NCBI GenBank assembly: GCA_030141605.1
Contig: JAQGDQ010000957.1
Location: 1 to 64,000 of the forward strand
Reading direction: 5' to 3'
DNA from: Tubiluchus corallicola
Lineage: Eukaryota > Animalia > Priapulida
DNA: 64,000 nt
Shown: positions 1-12,051 of the stretch, piece by piece
Numbering within the stretch: position 1 is the stretch's first letter
How the letters are laid out: every line of letters begins with the position of its first letter
Position numbers and translations under genes: made by a program
The notes under the pieces: model-generated
Told to the model about the DNA's origin: nothing
What the model saw: only the letters and a program-made list of their open reading frames with translations
The model's database searches: none

Positions 1-1348
1 CTTAACCATTTTTCTATCGTTTCTTCTCTGAGAATTCCTTCAGGAATTTTGGCAGCCTTTTCTTCTCCTTTCCTTCTTTCCATTCAGCTTTTTTCGGTTT
101 TACAAACTTTCTTTCATCCTCCTTTTGGTATTTCCTTACTCTTTTCCCTATCTTTCCAGTCTTCGTTTTTCCTCCATTTCTTCCACTGTTTCTTTCATGC
201 GACCATTCGTGTTTTCATTGGAATGTTTCTTTTCCCTCCTTCATTCATTTCATTTTCACACGACTTTCTTTAACCAATTCATTCACTCATTCACTCACTC
301 ACTCACTCACTTATTTTTTCATCTACCACTCACATGCACTTAACTTTTTCATAAAATTAACGTGAAAGAAGTTTGTTTTAAACTCTACACCAATCTATAC
401 ACGTAACTGTATGTTTGTACATAAGCAATGCTAAACACATGTTACCAGCACTTTTGGCAATACTGCAAGATTCTGATTTAAATAAACACAAAAACAAAAT
501 TTTTATGGCTTCCATCAAAGAAACACAAAAACAAACTTTTGCACGGCTTCCATCAACCAGCAGAGCAGTTAGTTCCATCATCAGCTGTCACTGCAATTAA
601 GGCGTAGTTGTGCAGCAATTTGTCTCTATTTAACGAGCTATGAATCAGTGTTTGACAACTTTGTAAGCGACCTGCAGGAAGCCATAGAAGCCATGCCCTG
701 CTTGAGTGAACACTATGATCATGAAAGCAGCAGCGCGTCACCCATTAGGTGCCGATCGAGTTAACTCTCAAGCATCAATAATGGGTACAATGGTCTTCTT
801 TCGTTTCCTTCTTATCATTTACGGTTTCTGTTCTTCGCTCTTTCTTTCATTCCTTTTTTTCACTTGTTTTTATTTATTTATTCATTTATTTGCTTGTGTG
901 TTTGTGTGTTTGTTTGCTTATTTATTTATTTATTTATTCATTCTTTCTTGCTTTATTTATTTAATTCTCTATTTACTTATTTCGTTTTTCATTCTTTCCT
1001 TCTTTCTTTCTTCCTTCCTTCCAATCTTCCTTTCTTTCTTTCATTTCTTTTCGTATTTATTCACTTATTTGTTTATTTATTTATTTATTACTTTCTTTCA
1101 TTTATTCTCTCTTTTCTTCTGTAATTTATTTCTTTCAATTTCGTTATTTTCTTTGTTTCTTCGTCTTCTTCCTTTCTTATTGTTTCTTATTCGTTTTAAT
1201 TCGTTCATATCTCCGCTCAGAGGCTCTTTCCTTTTCCAAATTATTGATAAACGAATCTAATTTTTCTATATTATTTGCGTACAACACGCACAATTTAAAT
1301 AAGCCTTTTCACAGTTCAAGGGATTGATGATAATCGTGAAAAGGTTTA

Positions 1349-1635
1349 GGCTTAAGTGTACCAGACATTTGTGTACACTTGACTACGCCTCGCAACCCAT
1401 GCTTTTGTATTAGTAACAGTTCTAACAGCTAGCTAGATCCTTACCTATTTCATTTTTTTCTTGTTCCCAAGCAAGATTCTGCTAATAAATCACTCTACGC
1501 GCAGACTGATGCATAATTACGTAAAGTCCACGTAAAAAAACTGAAGTTACTGAACTGATGCACAGACGGCTTTGATTTACCTACATGTCATGTGACGGTT
1601 GTGATTAAAGCGAGTTGCTGTGGTACACTTAAGCT
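1349..1635. mobile_element. PIF/Harbinger (Tourist-like) MITE
   Basis: 15-bp TIRs GGCTTAAGTGTACCA (1349-1363) and TGGTACACTTAAGCT (1621-1635), with TTA on both sides (1346-1348, 1636-1638). Confidence 0.7.
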
Positions 1636-2412
1636 TTAACCATTAGTTTAAACATAATTTATTAAAGGATTGTATCAGACAGTTTGAACAAGATCTAGGA
1701 TTCTCACCACAACAAACTATATACACTATTTACAAAAACATTTACAGTAAGAACTGACTTACACAAGATGACAAGTTTTACTACAAGATTACATTAGATA
1801 TTAGTACCAATTAGTAAAACATATTAATGTACGAATATTTCAGACTGACGCATCTCATATCAAATCGAAACTACTGGAAGCACTTAACCTTTGACCTACA
1901 GTAATTGCGCGTGCACACAACGAAACTATAAAAAGGCTGCCATTCGTTTTGTGCAATACTGAGCATTGCGCAATAATACTAAGCGCCTGTAGGCGATATT
2001 GAAGAAATTATATCGAGCAAATACTATTCGCAGGACTATTGGTTAATGCTTATATCGTATGTGATACAATATCGATGATAGCCGCAGAATTCCCAAACGA
2101 AGATTCGTAATGACCCACACAACTTCGATACTACCAATTTGAGAATGAATCTGCCTGTATGTTACTTTCGGGTTAAGATATAGGTTGTATTGGTTGTAAG
2201 TTGATTCTTGGCATGATCAATATCTTCCTGTGCCATTCTTATTATTTTGTAACGGATGGAGCAAACTCAATTTCTTAACTGATCGATTGCTGAATTTTGC
2301 TCAGAAATGTTAGCAGTTTGTAAACCAACTTGGCAATGTCCAATCATTCCTATAGATGAAATGTGCTTTTCGCTTTGAATGGTTCAAATACAGAAACGAA
2401 AATGTGCTTTAA

Positions 2413-2413
<1 letters not shown>

Positions 2414-2475
<62 letters not shown>

Positions 2476-2519
2476 CACTCACTCTCTCTCTATCTCTCTC
2501 TCTCTCTCTTTCTCTATCT

Positions 2520-2589
<70 letters not shown>

Positions 2590-2590
2590 G
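2414..2590. repeat. Compound (CT)n/(TA)n microsatellite
   Basis: Seen directly in the sequence. Confidence 0.95.
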
Positions 2591-3109
2591 TTTCGTTCTC
2601 GTCAACTCAAATTAAAGCAAATTTTTTCATATTCTGCTTTGTTGTTTGCTATAGATTTAAAACAGAGGCGCAAAAACTGAACTCTCAATCTGATGAACTT
2701 GACGAAGCCATCAAACGCCATACACGAAATTACTGTCAACGATAAAACCAAATTTTAAAAACTCCTTTTTGTGTGATTTTGTATATTGTATGGCTTCACA
2801 GAAACAATTTTTTGTACAAATTGGCCTAAACTTGCCGGAAACTGCTGAAAGCTAAGAATTGCAAAAAGTAAGCTTGCCACGGCTAATGCGTCTGATAATA
2901 CGTGCACACATATACAAAAATAATCTTAGTTCCTGTATGAGGAAAAGAATATCATTTTCCATGCTAAGGCCAAGTCTTCAAATGACTGTAAATGTAATCT
3001 GTATGCTGGCTGCCTATAGCAGTAAGCTCTGGGAGTCTGGGTGGAATCACTACGCTAACAAAGCGAAGAAACAATATCAGTGTGACATTAAATGGTGAAT
3101 CTATTTTTG

Positions 3110-3581
3110 AAGATTTAGTACATTCAGCAGAAGTTGAATTAGATCATTCTCGTTTGATTCTCAGCACCACAATTCTCACAAAGAGTTACTAACACTCATT
3201 TTTAATAAAAACAGTATTCGATCCAAGTTTGCAGAACTATCGCAAATTTTATTAAACGTGCTTGTCGATATTTTCTTTAATGGTGAATCTACTTTTTGAA
3301 GATTTTTTTAATAATTTGCTTTCTATGATTAAGTATTTCCACAGCCGTCGAAATGCCAAAGGCAGTAGTGTGATGTGTTTGTCAGATCTGATTTATCCCG
3401 ATGCAGAAACTGTAAAATGGACCCTCAAATGTGCAAAGCTATTTGTTCAGAAATGGAATTAATTGCCAGAAAGTGGATACTCGCGTCTCGTAACGCTATC
3501 TATATACAAACCTATCCAATGAAAAATAATATATTTCAAAAGAAATGCTTGATTTAAGCACTACCTTAATGGGTGATCTAA
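3110..3581 (+). repeat. About 470-bp segment duplicated in inverted orientation at 8192-8667
   Basis: Near-identical reverse-complement match from AAGATTTAGTAC to GGGTGATCTAA. The ORF track gives near-identical peptides at 3375..3557(+) and 8216..8404(-). Confidence 0.9.
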
Positions 3582-4126
3582 CCTTTCACCTTCCTGTAAG
3601 TTGCACAATATAGTTTTCATGAATGAATCCAAAGAACAATTCCAGCGTTGTATTCCAAGAGTTCGATTGATAGAGAGGCTGATTGAACATTTGCAAAAAA
3701 GTACAACTGAAAGCGGAGGTGAGCTCTTTATGTAAGACGTCCACATCTCAAATGTGACTGACGTAGTTTGAAAAGTTGATACCGTTTAGAGGTTACGCAC
3801 TAAAGATAAATGATTTCTTCTTGCATCTAACGAAGAAACTACTTTGCTGTTGGAATAAACAAAAGCAAAGCAGTTGTCACTTGAATTTCATTTTCAAAGT
3901 ACTGTCACTGTTTATACAATTTTTACAATAATTGTAATTTTTTGCACTAATTACTGCATAGCTGTTACTTATGACACCATTCCTTGCGTTTAGTAAAATG
4001 GCCAGATAAATTACTTTTCTTGTGATCAATCGGTGATCATTATTGGTGATCAATAACAGTGAATGAGTTAACGAATTGATTAATGGTCATTCATCAATTT
4101 CTAGTTGTTAAACTTGAAATGGAAGG

Positions 4127-4266
4127 AATTTACAATTCCTCACACCATTAAAATACTATAACCCTAACCCTAACCCTACCCCTACCCCGAACACTAACCT
4201 TAATCTTAACTGTAGCCCTAATTTGCTTCACTAACTCTTTTCTTGTGTGGGGGGAATTTTAAACTT
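4127..4266. repeat. Short element with a degenerate (TAACCC)n telomere-like core between imperfect inverted repeats
   Basis: TAACCCTAACCCTAACCCTACCCC at about 4159-4220, flanked by TTACAATTCCTCACAC and GTGTGGGGGGAATTTTAA. Confidence 0.55.
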
Positions 4267-4529
4267 TAGCTCTTGAAATTACAACCTAGGCTACCTATCG
4301 GCTGTCGGCAAGCTGCTGTGAACCAGACTGTTGTATGACTTTATGCCTCTGTTGACGTGAATAATTATTTCCTCTTAGTAAAAAATATTGTACTTAAAAG
4401 TTATAAAGTCTGACCCAGGATGGCGTTGAACGCAGGTAGGCTAAGCTCCAACAGTCCTGACTCCGAAACAGTTCATTTAGTTGAATCATCATTGAAACAC
4501 ATGAGTCCATGGACATGATTCTGTTCACC

Positions 4530-4870
4530 TCTTTATGTTAGCACTCCCTATTCTCTGCAGTGGGACCAAGTGCCTCTGTCTGTAAGCGTCAACGCTAAAG
4601 TGTTTAAATCTTTCAGTACAAAATCCAAATATGTTAACATTTGTCCTCCTGCTGCTTTTCTGTCTGGTTCTATTGCTTGTTGAAGCGCTCTCTTCACTGG
4701 ACTATCACCAGGTAGTCTAAGCGTGTGTACTATTCACCTTTAACGGCGTCTTTATTTTTCTTGTCCAAGGTTCCTTTATTGCCATGTCTTCATTTGAGAT
4801 TTTCTTTGGCCAACTGATACCCAAAATGCTTCTGTAATCTTGTCTTTGAAACGCGTCAATCTTAGCTTTA
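4530..4870 (-). mobile_element. RTE-clade LINE 3' fragment (degenerate post-RT C-terminus)
   Basis: Minus strand reads IDAFQRQDYRSILGISWPKKISNED...W.RKIK and later RLPGDSPVKRAL...GGQMLTYLDFV, with frameshifts. Confidence 0.7.
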
Positions 4871-5629
4871 AGTTTGCTTTTAATGTTCAAAGCTATAGAA
4901 AACTGCAGTTTTGTTTAGTTGAAGTTGTACGTTAATTGAGATTGCAACATGGCGAATCTTCGCAATAAATTTTCCGATTTTCTGAAATCATCAACTTGCC
5001 GTTTTTTTATTATCTTAATTTCACACTTGACACGTGACGAAATTGATATGAAATTACGTCTTTAACGTTTGTGCTTAGAGGTGTTATTATCTGCACCTGA
5101 AAGTCTTCACTATCTTGTATCCTATAGACGTTCATGCAGTTACGTACTTAATTGCAAGGGTCTTCTAATTGTCCTGGCGAACTTGCTTTACAATGGGTAT
5201 AATTATCCAGTAGCTACAAGCAGAAGTTGTAACATAATATTTCTTTGACGAAGATATAGGATAGCTACAATTTAAACGAAGGCAATAAGATACCAGCCGT
5301 CTGTGTGTGTCTTGAATGATAAGGGCGATGAAAGGTTTTACAGTAATACACTGGTTGGACCTGTGCAGGACAAATAGATAAGAATTATACTGGCAAGAAA
5401 AAAGATAAAAACCTTTTCTGAAGTCTTTGAAACAACGAATTAATTCCAATACATAGTCGTGTCAGCAAAAGAATAAACCTATGAAAACGTTCTCTTTCAC
5501 GTTTCACTGTAGATTAAACTAGGTTTTCGATCGCGAGAGAGTGTGAACAATATACAATTTTGCAAAGCTTCCAGTGATCAGCAAAACTGAATATAAAACG
5601 CAATTAATGATATTAAAAATGGTAATAGG

Positions 5630-5980
<351 letters not shown>

Positions 5981-6643
5981 GTTGAAAATGATAACACTAA
6001 GAGAATAAAATAACCGATTATGATAACAATGCAGAATTTGCGTGAAAGGAAACAGTATTAAGAATAAAAATTCTCGCTGGTATAATATGAATGATGAGTT
6101 TAAGACGCGAAGAGCTGGGAGATCGACGGAAGAGAAACCATTTTTTGAAAATCAACGGATATCCGCATGCAACTCACCGATTTAATCTTGTTGTAGATAC
6201 CGCACTAAACTTGTCCAGATTACACCCAGATTTCCTTGAAGTAAACAAACACTGAAGGCACTGACTGTGCAGGAGAAACGAAAGTAAGCCAAGAACGAGT
6301 AATTACGAAGCTGAACTCATGTTCCCTATCATCCCAAATGCGCGCGCATCTTGCGGAAATGGTAAACGGCTTCACAACAGTTAACAATCCTGCAAAGTGT
6401 TTTCTATTCACGGTTATGAAAATGAATGGAAAAACATTGCTCAGTGTGAGCCAGGTCATATGGCATGGATGAAAGCCAGTAATAAACGCATTTACTGTTT
6501 ATTTTGCGTTTTATTTTAATGAAATAAAAACATAAAGCGATTATATTAGTGGCGGCATATAAAGTATTTGGTTTGCTTTATACTATTATTCATACAAGTA
6601 ACGCTATTAGAAAAATACTTGTGGTGACTTACTGACTTTTTTC

Positions 6644-6709
<66 letters not shown>

Positions 6710-6713
6710 GTTA

Positions 6714-6805
<92 letters not shown>

Positions 6806-6986
6806 GTCGTCGTCCTCCTCTTCCTCCTCCTCCTCCTCATCATCATCGTCATCATCATCATCATCATCGTCGTCGTCGTCGTCGTCATCATCATCATCAT
6901 CTTCTTAGCCTTCTTCTTCTTCATCCACCGCCACCACCACCACCACCGCCACCACCATCATCATCATCAGTCTGTCTGTCTGTCTC
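6644..6986. repeat. Compound (TTA)n/(TCN)n/(CCA)n/(TCTG)n microsatellite
   Basis: Seen directly in the sequence. Confidence 0.95.
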
Positions 6987-7764
6987 AAAAGTCGCTATAC
7001 AAACAATTTTTAATTTTTAAAAAAACCAATACAAAAATTTTGAAAATATTTAAAAATGAATTATTATAATGCATTCCGTCAAATAGCACTGACTATTGGA
7101 AAGAAATACTTCACTGGCAAGACTTCCACATGAGCGCCATCTTCTTCGAAGCACTTCAGCCAACGACTAGCGACTGTTTTTTTCACATCAGCAAGCTTTT
7201 CTAGTAAAGTGTTTTGGAAACAGTTTAATAACAAAGTGACTAATTATTATCACAGAACAGCATCATTCAGTTGCGTTTCGGCTTTTTTCAAGTTTGGATA
7301 ATATTCTCTAATTCTTGTCTCAAATTCGCGGATGTTTGTCTTGTTGCATAAATCTTTCTTTTGATTTAGCAAGTAAAAATTGCAGTGTGTCAAATCTGCC
7401 TAGTTCATTTGGTGATCAAAGAATCCTTTGCTAGATTTTGCACAGTTGTTTTAACATTAGTGCCATCAAAATAATAATGGTAATCACGTTATAACCCAAA
7501 CAGCAAAACGAATTCTGTAAGAGCCCTTATAATTGATGTCGAAGTTTGCAAAGAACGGATTAAAAGATCAAAGGAAAACCGACATCAATGAATATCATTT
7601 AATATGGCAAAAAAGGTATGGAATACGTTCATTAAAATTAAATTTAAAAACAAGGTTTGCAAATAGTAGTTCAGTTGAATGTGCACAAAACTGTACAACC
7701 AATTTCGATCAGTCAAAGATTTCAGTTTATGGTGCGTTTTTGCATTACAACCAATTGCTTGGAA

Positions 7765-8090
7765 CCACCACCACCGTCACCATCACCACCACCACCACCA
7801 CCACCATCACCATCATCATCCTTATGCCAGGACTCCCTACTTGTTGCAATGCCCCAGGTGCATTTATTTCTAAGGATAAGTGCTGAAGTGTTTAAGTCTT
7901 TCTGTGCAAAATCTAAATATGTTAACATTTCTCCTCTTGCACGTTTTTAGCTGGCTATATGTCTTGTTGAAGAGCTATATTTACTGGATTATCATCAGGT
8001 AGTCTAACTATATGCCCAATCCATCTTAAACGGCGTCTTTACTTTTCTTGACCACTTTGTTCTTTCTTGAAATTTTCTTTGGCCATCTCT
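7765..8090 (-). mobile_element. Second copy of the RTE-like LINE 3' fragment, ending in a (GAT/GGT)n tail
   Basis: Homologous to 4540-4815 (RRLRWIGHIVRLPDDNPV...GEMLTYLDFAQKDLNT). The 3' end runs directly into the trinucleotide repeat at 7765-7820. Confidence 0.7.
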
Positions 8091-8191
8091 CGTGACCCTC
8101 GTGAAACAAGCTGGCAAGCTGGTGCAGCTTGAACTAAAAAAACGCTACATTTCACAAAAGGCGACTTTTCTGACCAGATAATTACCAAAGT

Positions 8192-8667
8192 TTAGATCAC
8201 CCATTAAGGTGGTGCTTAAATCAAGCATTTCTTTTGAAAGATATTATTTTTCATTGGATAGTATTGTATATAGATAGCGTTACGAGACGCGAGTATCCAC
8301 TTTCTGGCGATTAATTTCAATTCTGAACAAATAGCTTTGCACATTTGAGGGTCCATTTTACAGTTTCTGCATCGGGATAAATCCAATCTGACACAACACA
8401 TCACACTACTGCCTTTGGCATTTCGCGGCTGTGGAAATACTTAATCATAGAAAGCAAATTATTAAAAAATCTTCAAAAATAGATTCACCATTAAAGAAAA
8501 TATCAACAAGCCCGTTTAATAAAATTTGCGATAGTTCTGCAAACTTTGATCGAAATCGAATACTGTTTTTATTAAAAATGAGTGTTAGTAAGTCCTTGTG
8601 AGAATTGTGATGCTGAGAATCAAACGAGAATGATCTAATTCAACTGCTGCTGAATGTACTAAATCTT
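8192..8667 (-). repeat. Inverted copy of 3110-3581
   Basis: Reverse-complement alignment by eye. Confidence 0.9.
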
Positions 8668-9127
8668 GCGCAACAGATGAGTGTTGGCCTCCATTATGTG
8701 AGGATCCACAATGGTCTGGCAAAGTTGGATTAATCATCATTTCGTTATGAAACGGTAATGCGTTAGTTCGGCTAACAGGCCTACTTGTATGTCTGTTATA
8801 TCAAAGCACGTGGAGAGTAACAGGAAAACTATGGCGTTTGATCATTATGGCTATTGAGGACTATATAGCTTAGCTGTATCCATCGTCAGTTATGCGTTCA
8901 GTAGGATAGGCATAAAAGTTCTGTGTTTGGCATCCAGGAATTTGAAAAACTGACAAAAGTTGTTTAAGCAACAACCTAATGGAACTCTCTATTCTGTCAT
9001 TTGTAATTGCATGTGAGCATATGAATTCAGCTTTCAACATGCAACGAGATATTTTATTTTGTTTGGAGTTCGACTTCAAAAGAACGGATTCCACTGCACG
9101 GGAAAGATAGAAAACAGCAATGAGAGA

Positions 9128-9536
9128 TAGGGGTGAGCATCGAACGTTCGACTTCGATTCGAACGAATTTTTTAGTTCGAATTCTATTTGAACATAAAGT
9201 TATGGATTCAAATAAGTCAGCACTTCAACCACGTATGTTCTTTCTCATTAAAATGTTTGAAGCAGCAAGCAATTAGCACAATTTAGCTGCAGTTTCTGTG
9301 CAAAATTTTTACTAAACTAATAGTGGATTTACTGCAGAACAAAATCAAGTGCTATGCATTATCTTTGTAAGATTACCGCTTATTTATAGTGGCTTGAAAA
9401 CGTGTTCGAAAATCTTTCAAACTCAATTCAAATTCGATTCTGATTCGAAAAACTGAAATTCGGTTCGATTCCAGTTCGAAAGTCACAAATTCGATTCGAT
9501 TTGAATTCGCTTTCTGGTGGAGAAGGCTCACCCATA
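9128..9536 (+). mobile_element. hAT-type MITE with TTCGA subterminal repeats (same family as 35717-36541)
   Basis: Ends TAGGGGTGAGC / GCTCACCCATA; degenerate 8-bp TSD ATGAGAGA / TTGAAAGA. Confidence 0.8.
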
Positions 9537-11507
9537 TTGAAAGATGAAGAGACGCACCATTACTGTCGCAGAACGCCCCGTATAATTCAAAAGGGCGGTT
9601 TGCTTGTCATTAGATTGTTCAGGTCCAACTTTACCCACTTACCGTAGCTGGATACAATATCATACTTTTTACGCGTTCTGTCGCCGTAGTTTCTAGAGAG
9701 TTCGACAGCAGCGTTATTACCTCACTTACATTAAATTTTTAGTTTTACGACAATAATGTGATTATAACATATTGTTTGTAAAAGATTTACACACTAAGTA
9801 ACAGTTGTAATTTTGCAATCTATAGACGTGAAGATCTCATGATGATGGTAACGGCTGTCAGATTATGAGCGACGTGCGAATTTTACTCAGTGCACGTTTC
9901 AGTTTAGCAAAAGTGGCTATGAAAGTTAAACAAAGCCGAACTGACTAGTAAATTGCGCAAGTGTAGGCCTAAATGTGCCTGACTAATTCGGTCTGGCCTA
10001 AAGTGCCTACATCGGGGTATTTCCGCCATTGAGGAATCACAGATTGTACACCCAAATGTGGCTGAAACGTCGTTTGCTTCGCGTCCTTTGTTTTACCGAG
10101 TGTCTCATTTTAGATGATAATTAAATAGGTTCCGGTCTCGTCACAACCATTCATGGTTGTGGAATAAGCAGGCCCGTTCAATTATAAGCCACCTTTGTTT
10201 TGTACTATACCATATTTTGTACGATTTTGTACAAACTACAACACGTGTTTTGGCTTATTATTTCAATTTCTATGGTAGATCCATTCAGTTTTTGTTTGAA
10301 GGTTTTGATCTGCCGAGGATGGCTGCTAGGACAACAGAAACCTCCAAAATAAAATTCATGGCTATGTTTTCTGCTTCGTTTTTGACTTCGATTCCCACTT
10401 AGTATGAGTCTTATTACTTTGTAGAGTCATATTACTTTGTAGTTTAAGAATTTCATTGACTTGATTGTATAAATCTCGATGAGATATTGTAACCATGTTG
10501 TAATGATCCTGATCTTGTATTTCCTATAGGGGAATCAAAGAGAGGCATGCTGCGTTAGTTTTACATCTCATAACAGAAGGGAGCTAGTATGATAGTCACT
10601 AAATGTATGGGTGCAGATCGGCCTAAAGCGGATGTTAACAATACGGGGGACTATGGCCTGTTTGCACTCTATACACTAACGGATCTGAAGAAAATGAAAG
10701 ATCAAATGGCAGATATTAAAATAATTAATCAAACAATTTAATCATCAACAAATTCCAAAGTGATTCAGTTTAAGCAAAAGTTCAGTAATAACAAAAATAT
10801 AGCAATATTGACAAAGCTTGGGGTTAGTAGGGTATATACGTTTGCATAAAGTTCATGTCTGCCCACTATGTACCTAGGTTTTTTTGGAACACCTTTCCTT
10901 TAAAGCGAACAGTTTGTAGGACGGTAGCAAAACGTCGTAATATAACCTCTTTGTGATTCCAAACTTCGTCAGAGAAACTACCAATTAGTGTTTACCCAGC
11001 AAGTAGAATTGAAAGAACATTAGGCTAGTGTACGTGATGTTTACGTTATTAGTGCGACATTAGTTACGATCGCAACGAAAGCGAAAAGTACCTGTTACCT
11101 CCCTGGATGTGGCTCTGTAGTAGGTCGATCCATCTGTCAGTCAGTGAGTAAGTCTACTACTGCAGACTGCAAGCCTTCATCTCTAGAACAACTCTTGTTG
11201 ACGACCACAGGTTACACCAACTAGGCCTTCACGGTATAGATAAAACAACTTCACAGATACAAGTAAACGACCTGTCTCGTTTTGTGTCAAGTTGCCGTCT
11301 ATATCACAAAAGTGTTGAACGAAGTTCATCAAGAAGCCACTCGCTTAAACAGGCATAATTTTATTCACCTGTGCACTATCGTTAACCTTGATTTAGCCAC
11401 TGCATTACAGCCGCGATAGGGCAGACAAGAGTGGGTCAGACGAAATTAAAAAGGGGGTTTGTTAGTAGGTGCCTACATCCTAACAAAATATCAATAATTG
11501 ATAATAT

Positions 11508-12051
11508 TGTAACGGATCCGGGGTCCAGCACGGATCCGTCTCAGGATGTATAGAGTGGCATACAAGTTATGAAATACTACAACAGACGAGAAAAGAAAAA
11601 TACGAATGTAAAATAAACTTCAATGCACAACCAGTAGCTCCATGACATGTGAACAGACTTTCGTATAAAAATCAGCAAACCTTCAGCATTCACCTTTACA
11701 GACAGAAAGGCCAGGTTGGAATCCCACTTCTGACACCAGTGTGACGGATCCGGGTTCCAGCGCGGATCCGTCTCAGGATGTATAGAGCGGCATACAAGTT
11801 ATGATAGCAGACGAGAAAAGTTAAAAGATCCGGAATGCGAGTGTAAATTAAACTTTATTGCACAACCGGTAACTCCAAACTTTTGTATAAAGCAAGTCTA
11901 CAACGTTCACCTTTACAGACAGAAAGGCCAGGTTGGAATCGTCAAATTACGGCGTGCATTCCGTTTTATACAGATACATTTGCATTACTGGGCTTCTCGA
12001 CCATACCCATTACTAACAATATGGGCTTAGTCAAAACCAGTCTTCGTAACA
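11508..12051 (-). mobile_element. Internally deleted LTR retrotransposon (Gypsy-like): full LTR 11740-12051, tRNA-Leu PBS, partial LTR 11508-11723
   Basis: TG...CA termini (TGTGACG...CGTAACA) and a 4-bp TSD ATAT (11504-11507, 12052-12055). PBS TGGTGTCAGAAGTGGGATTC on the minus strand at 11719-11738, 1 nt from the LTR. About 200 bp of direct repeat between the two LTR parts. Confidence 0.85.

Noticed and set aside
49-1260. Phe/Leu/Ser-rich ORFs resembling membrane proteins (e.g. 706..1260)
   Set aside because: They arise from T/C-rich low-complexity sequence that is depleted of stop codons.
3619-3724. Short plus-strand ATG exon MNESKEQFQRCIPRVRLIERLIEHLQKSTTESG with a GTGAGC donor
   Set aside because: I found no convincing downstream exon or recognisable homology.
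7280-7730. Traces of GIY-YIG (FETRIRE) and LINE RT (STELLF...IFIDV) motifs on the minus strand
   Set aside because: Too short and degenerate to call without a profile search.
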